Origin: an uncultured virus (IMG/VR IMGVR_UViG_3300032220_002272)
Lineage: Duplodnaviria > Heunggongvirae > Uroviricota > Caudoviricetes
IMG/VR virus record: IMGVR_UViG_3300032220_002272
Length of the DNA stretch: 20,000 bases
Direction: 5' to 3' (one strand)
Part shown: positions 14,626 through 20,000 of the stretch, in pieces
How positions within the stretch are numbered: position 1 is the first letter of the stretch
Layout of the letters: every line of letters starts with the position of its first letter
Translations under genes and position numbers: made by a program
The notes under the pieces: model-generated
Databases searched by the model: none
Told to the model about the DNA's origin: nothing
The model's input: the letters and a program-made list of their open reading frames with translations, nothing else

Positions 14626-15100
14626 GGCTGTGGTCGAGCGGTTTAAATCGAAGATCGGCAACGGCGCTGCGGACGAATGTTGGATGTGGCAGGGCTATCG
14701 GACGAAGTTCGGCCATGGCCAATTCTGGATCGAAGGCCGAGCGGTTGTCGCATCTCGCATCGCTCTAGCGATCAAGTTGGGGAGGCCACTTACCTCCGCC
14801 GAAGCGGCTTGCCATTCATGCGATAATCCGGGGTGCTGTAACCCAGCGCATCTTTGGCTCGGTGATGTCGCCGCCAATAACAGAGACATGATCGCAAAAG
14901 GCCGGCAGCATCAGCAACGACAATCTGCGTGTCGCCACGGGCATCCATTCGTACCTCAAAATACCTACATGGCGCGGCGCGCCGATGGGCGAACTTTCCG
15001 CCGATGCCGAACCTGCCAGCGCGCGATTGATGCGAAACGCGATTATGCCGCAGAGGCTGCCCGCCGCGCCGCCGCGCCAGCTCTCCAGGTCGGCGCATGA
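14615..15100 (+). CDS. HNH (His-Me finger) homing-type endonuclease
   Basis: DECWMWQG...GHGQF...ACHSCDNPGCCNPAHLWLGDVAANNRDM plus a C-terminal CRHGH...CRTC zinc motif; visibly more AT-rich than neighbours. Confidence 0.9.
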   Translation: MFSKAVVERFKSKIGNGAADECWMWQGYRTKFGHGQFWIEGRAVVASRIALAIKLGRPLTSAEAACHSCDNPGCCNPAHLWLGDVAANNRDMIAKGRQHQQRQSACRHGHPFVPQNTYMARRADGRTFRRCRTCQRAIDAKRDYAAEAARRAAAPALQVGA

Positions 15101-15696
15101 AGGCGCCCCTCCCCACCGTGATCGTCGCTGGCCTGGGCCGCTGTGGCACGTCGATGGTCATGCAGATGCTGGCGGCTGGCGGCATCGCCACCGTCGGCAC
15201 GTTCCCCGATTTCGAGGACATGGACACGGATCGTCAGCGCAGCCTCAACCCGGCCGCGTGGCTTGCGAGGTGCGAAGGCCGCGCCGTGAAGGTGCTGGAC
15301 CCGCAGCGCGTGCCGCCGCCGGCAGGACAGTTATATCGCACGATCTGGCTGACCCGTGATCCCGAGCAGCAGGGCCGCAGCCAGATCAAGCTGATCGACG
15401 CCAACCCCAGCCGCGCGATGCGCAGGGCGATGGCGCAGTCGATCCGCCGGGATGAGCCACGCGCGCGGCGCGCGCTCGCCGCCGCCGATCTGTCGGGGCG
15501 GGCGATGCTGCAGCTGACGTTCGAAGGCATCCTCGGCGACCCATTCGCAGCGGCACGCGCGATCGTCGAGCACATCGGCGCCGAGTGGTTCGAAGAGGGG
15601 GCGGCATGGCGCATGGCCACGGCCGTGATGCCGCGCGGCCCGCATTGCCTGCCCTTCATGCTCGAAACCCACCTGCTTCAGGGAGCCGCCGCATGA
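15097..15696 (+). CDS. Sulfotransferase-like (P-loop) protein
   Basis: IVAGLGRCGTSMVMQML resembles the 5'-PSB loop, IWLTRDP the 3'-PB motif, plus LTFEGILGDP. Confidence 0.7.
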   Translation: MKAPLPTVIVAGLGRCGTSMVMQMLAAGGIATVGTFPDFEDMDTDRQRSLNPAAWLARCEGRAVKVLDPQRVPPPAGQLYRTIWLTRDPEQQGRSQIKLIDANPSRAMRRAMAQSIRRDEPRARRALAAADLSGRAMLQLTFEGILGDPFAAARAIVEHIGAEWFEEGAAWRMATAVMPRGPHCLPFMLETHLLQGAAA

Positions 15697-15917
15697 CGGA
15701 CGTATTGCCGCCGCCATTCTGGATTGTCTGGTCGCCTAGCGGCCAGCGCCCGCCCCGTTTCATGCACCCTTCTGAGGATGCCGCATGGGCGGAGGCCAAT
15801 CGCCTCGCAGACTGCCACCCCGGGCAGGAGTTCTACGTCATGCAGCCAACCGCGCAGGTCATCACCCAGCGGCGTCTGACCCAGCGCTACGCCGGCGACG
15901 ACGGGATACCTTTCTGA
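15693..15917 (+). CDS. Small phage protein ending in DDGIPF (74 aa)
   Basis: ATGA overlap; FWIVWSP...H.S...A..EANRLA...PGQEFYVM pattern; SSB-like acidic tail. Confidence 0.75.
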   Translation: MTDVLPPPFWIVWSPSGQRPPRFMHPSEDAAWAEANRLADCHPGQEFYVMQPTAQVITQRRLTQRYAGDDGIPF

Positions 15918-16129
15918 TGACCGATCACCGCCTCACCGCAACGCAGGCGGCGGTCAGCGTGCTGCTCAACGACATCGCCGGCCGGTTCAAGCCGGGCGCG
16001 AAGCTGACCCTCGTCGTTCGCAATCCGACCGCGGAGGCCGCGGGCAAGGATGCCGACTTCGTCATGACCAACGACACCCTGGATGAGGCGATGGCAGCCC
16101 TCCAGCGCAGGAAGGATGCCAAACGATGA
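15917..16129 (+). CDS. Hypothetical protein (70 aa)
   Basis: TGATG and ATGA coupling on both sides. Confidence 0.7.
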   Translation: MTDHRLTATQAAVSVLLNDIAGRFKPGAKLTLVVRNPTAEAAGKDADFVMTNDTLDEAMAALQRRKDAKR

Positions 16130-16812
16130 GCACGAGCGAACCGTTGAGTAATATGAGCAGCATCATCAGCGCCGCCGTGGCGGCCAAGATGACGCCCGAA
16201 TTCATCGAAGATCAGGTCGACAAGCGCGTCGAGAAGCTGGTCGTGGAAGCCGTGGACGGTGCGCTCCGGTCCTACAGCGACATCGGTCAGCTGATCAAGA
16301 AATCGGTGGAGGAGGCCCTCCGGGTCGACCGACTTGACTTGCCGACCTACGGGAACGTCGTCGCTGCGATGGTGAAGGCCCAAATCGAAGCAAGCGTTGC
16401 GCCGGTGATTGCCGGCCGCCTGTCCGAGGACGTTGCCGAGCTGCTTCAACTGGCGCCCGCCACAATCAAGCTGTCCCAGATCGCTGATGCCATGCGCAAG
16501 CGCCACGAGGATGACGGTTACGGCGACGTCATAACGGTGATTGTCGAGCGCACTGAGTATGGCTCCGCCTGGGTGTATCTCGACGAGGACGCCGTCCATG
16601 CCGAGCGCGATAAGTACCGGTGCGATTTCCGCCTTCTGATCGGCGGAGACGGGAAGATCAGCAGCGCGACGCTCCGCGAGCATGACATCAAGTCGTCGAA
16701 GCATTTCGGCAGCAGCTACGGGCTGGAGCAGAAACTGCGGGCCTACTTCGCATGCGGCACGATCATCGAGATCGACGAACACGCCGTATCCACCTCGGTA
16801 GGTGACTACTGA
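16126..16812 (+). CDS. Hypothetical phage protein (228 aa)
   Basis: Coupled to both neighbours; globular protein-like composition. Confidence 0.8.
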   Translation: MSTSEPLSNMSSIISAAVAAKMTPEFIEDQVDKRVEKLVVEAVDGALRSYSDIGQLIKKSVEEALRVDRLDLPTYGNVVAAMVKAQIEASVAPVIAGRLSEDVAELLQLAPATIKLSQIADAMRKRHEDDGYGDVITVIVERTEYGSAWVYLDEDAVHAERDKYRCDFRLLIGGDGKISSATLREHDIKSSKHFGSSYGLEQKLRAYFACGTIIEIDEHAVSTSVGDY

Positions 16813-17330
16813 TGGCGGGCGATATCTTACCCGAAAGCACGAACGCGGCGCCGCCGAGCTTGATCGCCTATGCAACGCCCGACCAGATGGTCGCCTGGGC
16901 GGCGGCGCAGATGCTGCGGCAGCCCGACTTCGTCATCGGCGAAGCATCCGCACCGTACCTGCGCCGCTGGTGGCAGGTGCCGCGCAACGAGCAGTGCAAC
17001 GTCTACCTGCACGAGATCCTGCGCAGCGACGACGATCGCGCGCTCCACGACCATCCCTGGCCGAACACCTCGTTCGTGCTGGCGGGCCGGTATGTCGAGC
17101 ACACGCCGGACGGGTCGTTCCTGCGCGAGGCAGGCTGGTCGGGCAGCCGGCCTGCCGAGGCGGCGCACCGGCTCGAGATCTTGCCCGGCGAGCGCGCGAT
17201 CACCCTGTTCATGACGGGGCCGAAGCTGCGCGAGTGGGGCTTTCACTGCGCGAAAGGCTGGGTGCATTGGCGCGAGTTCACCGGCGGCGCCAACGGCGAG
17301 CTGGTCGGCCGCGGGTGCGGAGAGGCGTGA
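16812..17330 (+). CDS. Cupin-fold protein
   Basis: NVYLHEILRSDDDRALHDHPW...SFVLAGRYVE...AHRLE...TLFMTGP metal-binding cupin motifs. Confidence 0.75.
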   Translation: MAGDILPESTNAAPPSLIAYATPDQMVAWAAAQMLRQPDFVIGEASAPYLRRWWQVPRNEQCNVYLHEILRSDDDRALHDHPWPNTSFVLAGRYVEHTPDGSFLREAGWSGSRPAEAAHRLEILPGERAITLFMTGPKLREWGFHCAKGWVHWREFTGGANGELVGRGCGEA

Positions 17331-17352
17331 CCATGAGCGAGATGATCTGGTG

Positions 17353-17826
17353 ATGGGCATCGACCTGCGCCCCGTCACGCGAGAGGAAGCACGCAGCTTC
17401 ATCCGCGATCACCATCGGCACCACGGCGTGCCGGTCGGTTGGATCTGGCTGCATGGCTGCCATGACGATGACGGGCGGCTTGCCGGTGTCGCTGTCGTGG
17501 GGCGCCCGGTGGCCCGTCCGCTTGATGACGGACTGACCATGGAGGTGACGCGCCTCGCGACGGACGGCACAAGCAACGCCTGCTCGCTACTGTACGGCGC
17601 GGCGCGGCGCGCAGCCATCGCCAAGGGCTATCGCCGCGGGCTGACGTACATTCTGGCGAGTGAAAGCGGCGCAAGCCTGCGCGCGGCCGGATGGCATCAT
17701 CTCTGGAATGTGGACGGCCGCAGCTGGGACGTGCCGGGGCGCCCGCGCACGGACAAGCATCCAACGGAGGATAAGGCGGCATACGGCTGGGGCGCTTGGC
17801 CGCAGATCGAAAGGCTAGCCGCATGA
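17353..17826 (+). CDS. XF1762-family (Mom/GNAT-like) protein
   Basis: FIRDHHRHH...GVAVVGRPVAR.LDDGLTMEVTRLATDGT.NACSLLYGAA...TYILASESGASLRAAGW. Confidence 0.8.
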   Translation: MGIDLRPVTREEARSFIRDHHRHHGVPVGWIWLHGCHDDDGRLAGVAVVGRPVARPLDDGLTMEVTRLATDGTSNACSLLYGAARRAAIAKGYRRGLTYILASESGASLRAAGWHHLWNVDGRSWDVPGRPRTDKHPTEDKAAYGWGAWPQIERLAA

Positions 17827-17966
17827 CCCCCGACATGCCGACCCGCTTGGCCGCAGCCGAGCGGAAAGCCGAAACCGCGCAGGCGCTGGCGATCGTAGCT
17901 CTCGTCCTTGCTGCCCGTCCACCCCGCCGCAAATCAATAGGAGCGCGACTGTGGGACTTGATATAG
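17823..17966 (+). CDS. Small hypothetical protein (47 aa, not in ORF track)
   Basis: ATGA overlap with the upstream stop; fills the gap to DUF1643; short hydrophobic segment ALAIVALVLAA. Confidence 0.45.
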   Translation: MTPDMPTRLAAAERKAETAQALAIVALVLAARPPRRKSIGARLWDLI

Positions 17967-18487
17967 TGATGCGTCGCGCCGCCGAGATCAGCCCGTGTGG
18001 GCTTTACCGCTACTGGCTCGAGCGGGAATGGGACACCGCCCTACCCAAGCTCGTCGTCTGCATGCTCAACCCGTCGACGGCAGACGCCGCTGTTGACGAT
18101 CCGACCCTCCTTACGCTGATCCATTTTGGGCGGCTGTGGGGGTACGGTGGGCTGGCGGTGGTCAACCTGTACGGATGGCGATCGCCCCACCCGTCGGTGA
18201 TGAAGAGCGCCGCCGCTCGGCTGGACGACGTCAACCTACGGCGCGGGCGCGAGGCGATGCTCGTCGCCGCCACGATGGGCGATCGCCGGCTGCTAGTCGC
18301 CTGGGGCAACGATGGCGACTTCGAAGGTCAGGCGACACGGTTCGCGGACTGCGCCGCCGACCTGATCGGGGTCGACCTCATCTGCCTCGGCACCACGCTA
18401 TCCGGCGCGCCGAAGCATCCGATGGCCCGCGGGCGCTCGCGCATCCCGCGGGATCAGCAGCCGATTATCTGGAGGAAAGCGAAGTGA
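17951..18487 (+). CDS. DUF1643 domain protein
   Basis: ISPCGLYRYWLER.W...MLNPSTADA..DDPT...WGYGG...VNLY...VAWG...G.PKHP. Confidence 0.9.
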   Translation: MGLDIVMRRAAEISPCGLYRYWLEREWDTALPKLVVCMLNPSTADAAVDDPTLLTLIHFGRLWGYGGLAVVNLYGWRSPHPSVMKSAAARLDDVNLRRGREAMLVAATMGDRRLLVAWGNDGDFEGQATRFADCAADLIGVDLICLGTTLSGAPKHPMARGRSRIPRDQQPIIWRKAK

Positions 18488-18711
18488 GCATCATGGGAAG
18501 GGTTGAGGCGGTGGATCGTCGAAACGACGTCTTCCTGCGCCTGCCGGACGTGATCCGCCGAACCGGGCTATCCCGGACGACGATCTATCGGAAAGCCGAC
18601 AAAGGCGAGTTTCCGGCGCCCCGCCGGATCGGGGCGAATTGCGTCGCTTGGTACGAAAGCGACGTGGCCGCATGGATCGCGGCGCCGATGGAGTGGCAGG
18701 CCGCGGCTTAG
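18484..18711 (+). CDS. alpA: AlpA-family excisionase/regulator
   Basis: FLRLPDVIRRTGLSRTTIYRK...GEFP.P..IG...VAWYESDVAAWI. GTG start overlaps the upstream stop (alternative ATG at 18493). Confidence 0.9.
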   Translation: MSIMGRVEAVDRRNDVFLRLPDVIRRTGLSRTTIYRKADKGEFPAPRRIGANCVAWYESDVAAWIAAPMEWQAAA

Positions 18712-20000
18712 CGGTCCTGCCCGTCCAGCAGATCGTTGGCGGGCAATAGATCGGCGGTCAGGAGATCCGCCCACACTTGCGCCAGCTCACGCCGCCGCGG
18801 CATATAAGCGGCGCGGTTGTACGCCATCTCCGATCCCGAGGTGCCCTTTGCGCGGTGCGCCAGCATGCCGTCGATGATCGCACGATCGTCCGGCCGCCGC
18901 TGCTCCACCGCATATTCGTTCATGATGGTCGAGAATGTCGACCGCCAGCCGTGCGGCACGTGGCGGCCGCTATAGCCGTTGCGCACGTACATGTAGCCGA
19001 GCGTGTTCTCGCTCATCGGCTGGTGCGTCGATCGCACGCTGTGGACGATGAACGGGAATTTGCCGGTAAGACGCCGCAACGCTCGCAGCACCTCGACGGC
19101 CTGCGCCGGCAGCGGCACGACGTGTTCAAACGCCTCGTCGGCCTTGTTCTCGAGCGCGAGCTTCATGCGTGCCGCCGGGATACGCCACAGCGCCGCCGGC
19201 GCCGCCGCCTTCGGCTCCGACCAGTCGATGCCCTCGAACTCCGACCAGGGCGCGGCGCGCAGGATTCCCGGCCGCACCGCGGTAAGGGCGAGCAGGCGCG
19301 ATGCCAGCTTCACCATCGGGCCCGACGTCGAGGCGTCCATGTCGGCGAGCAGCTGCCGCGCTGCCGCGAGGTCCTTCAGCGCCGGCTGCTTTCCGCCGGT
19401 CGGCGTCGGCTTCAGCGCGCGCTTGATGCCGGCGGCCGGATCGTGCGCCGCCAGCCCCTCGGCGATGCCGTAGCCGAAGACGGCCGAAACGTGCTGGCGA
19501 ATGCGCTTGGCGGTATCGATCGCGCCGCGCGCCTCGACCTTGCGCAGCATCCGCAGCACCATCGGCCCATCGATGTCGATCAGGGGCAGCGCGCCGATCG
19601 ACGGGAACACGTCGCGCTCGAGCGCTTGGATCACCTTCTTGCGCTGCACTGGCGACCAGCGCGGGCACTGCGCCTCGTACCAGCGCATCGCGACGACCTT
19701 GAACGTCGCGCCGGCGGCCGCGTGCGCCGCCATCTCGCGCTTCCGCTCTTCGAGGCCCGGATCCTTGTGATCGCGCAGCTCGGCGCGCGCGCGGTCGCGC
19801 CGATCGCGCGCCTCCTTCAGCGACACCTCAGGATATGCGCCGAGCACAAGCAGCTTCTCTTTTCCGGCGAAACGGTACTTCAACCGCCAGGATTTGAAGC
19901 CTTTGGTGGTGACGAACAGATGGAGGCCGGCCGAATCGGCCAGCTTGTACGGCTTCTCGCTGGGGAGGGCTTTGCGGGCCTGCGTGTCCGTTAGCGGCAT
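18708..20000 (-). CDS. int: P4-type tyrosine integrase with arm-binding domain
   Basis: MPLTD...KPYKLADSAGLHL...W..KYRFAGKEK.L.LGAYP.VSL; catalytic R (AVRPG), HGWR, LAH and Y (AYNR). Confidence 0.96.
   Translation of the reverse strand: MPLTDTQARKALPSEKPYKLADSAGLHLFVTTKGFKSWRLKYRFAGKEKLLVLGAYPEVSLKEARDRRDRARAELRDHKDPGLEERKREMAAHAAAGATFKVVAMRWYEAQCPRWSPVQRKKVIQALERDVFPSIGALPLIDIDGPMVLRMLRKVEARGAIDTAKRIRQHVSAVFGYGIAEGLAAHDPAAGIKRALKPTPTGGKQPALKDLAAARQLLADMDASTSGPMVKLASRLLALTAVRPGILRAAPWSEFEGIDWSEPKAAAPAALWRIPAARMKLALENKADEAFEHVVPLPAQAVEVLRALRRLTGKFPFIVHSVRSTHQPMSENTLGYMYVRNGYSGRHVPHGWRSTFSTIMNEYAVEQRRPDDRAIIDGMLAHRAKGTSGSEMAYNRAAYMPRRRELAQVWADLLTADLLPANDLLDGQDR

Larger units (their letters stand above)
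2661..20000. mobile_element. Prophage, early/regulatory half (integrase, excisionase, accessory operon, cI/cro, replication, antiterminator, start of late region)
   Basis: Lambdoid gene order: int/alpA, rightward accessory operon, divergent S24 repressor/Cro with operators, CII-like, methylases, RusA, DUF1376, NusG-like. Genes are translationally coupled (ATGA/TGATG overlaps). The att site next to the integrase lies outside the window. Confidence 0.93.

Noticed and set aside
15925..17402. 316-aa and 191-aa minus-strand ORFs
   Set aside because: Antisense to tightly coupled + strand genes.
18777..19994. 405-aa + strand ORF opposite the integrase
   Set aside because: Antisense shadow of a high-GC gene; Arg/Ala-rich with no motifs.
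1..20000. CRISPR array, tRNA/rRNA, IS transposase, reverse transcriptase/DGR, prophage att core
   Set aside because: No regularly spaced repeats, cloverleaf, DDE or RT motifs seen. The integrase starts at the last base, so its att site is outside the window.

Overview
High-GC window, probably from a Sphingomonas-like alphaproteobacterium (inferred from gene content and codon style). It is occupied almost entirely by the early/regulatory half of a lambdoid-style prophage. The right end holds a P4-type tyrosine integrase convergent with an AlpA excisionase. A PL-like accessory operon on the + strand encodes an HNH endonuclease, a sulfotransferase-like protein, a small protein with an SSB-like DDGIPF tail, a cupin, an XF1762/Mom-like protein and DUF1643. 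The cI/cro switch has five recognisable 15-bp operators and a HIRAN gene behind cI. A PR-like operon on the - strand encodes Cro, a CII-like protein, an N4/N6 methyltransferase, a full-length DnaN beta-clamp paralogue, a C5 methyltransferase, a PAPS-reductase-like protein, RusA, a DUF1376 replication protein with an internal ori-like region, and a NusG-type antiterminator in the Q position. Two observations stand out. (1) A late-position gene appears truncated at ~2660 and is followed by a hairpin cluster with an intrinsic terminator and a co-oriented excisionase-like gene. This suggests a second element (helper-embedded satellite-like) integrated into the prophage late operon and gated by NusG-paralogue antitermination. 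(2) A 159-aa +1-frame ORF nested inside the C5 methyltransferase resembles the alternative-frame beta polypeptide of M.EcoHK31I. All family assignments come from motif recognition; no searches were run.
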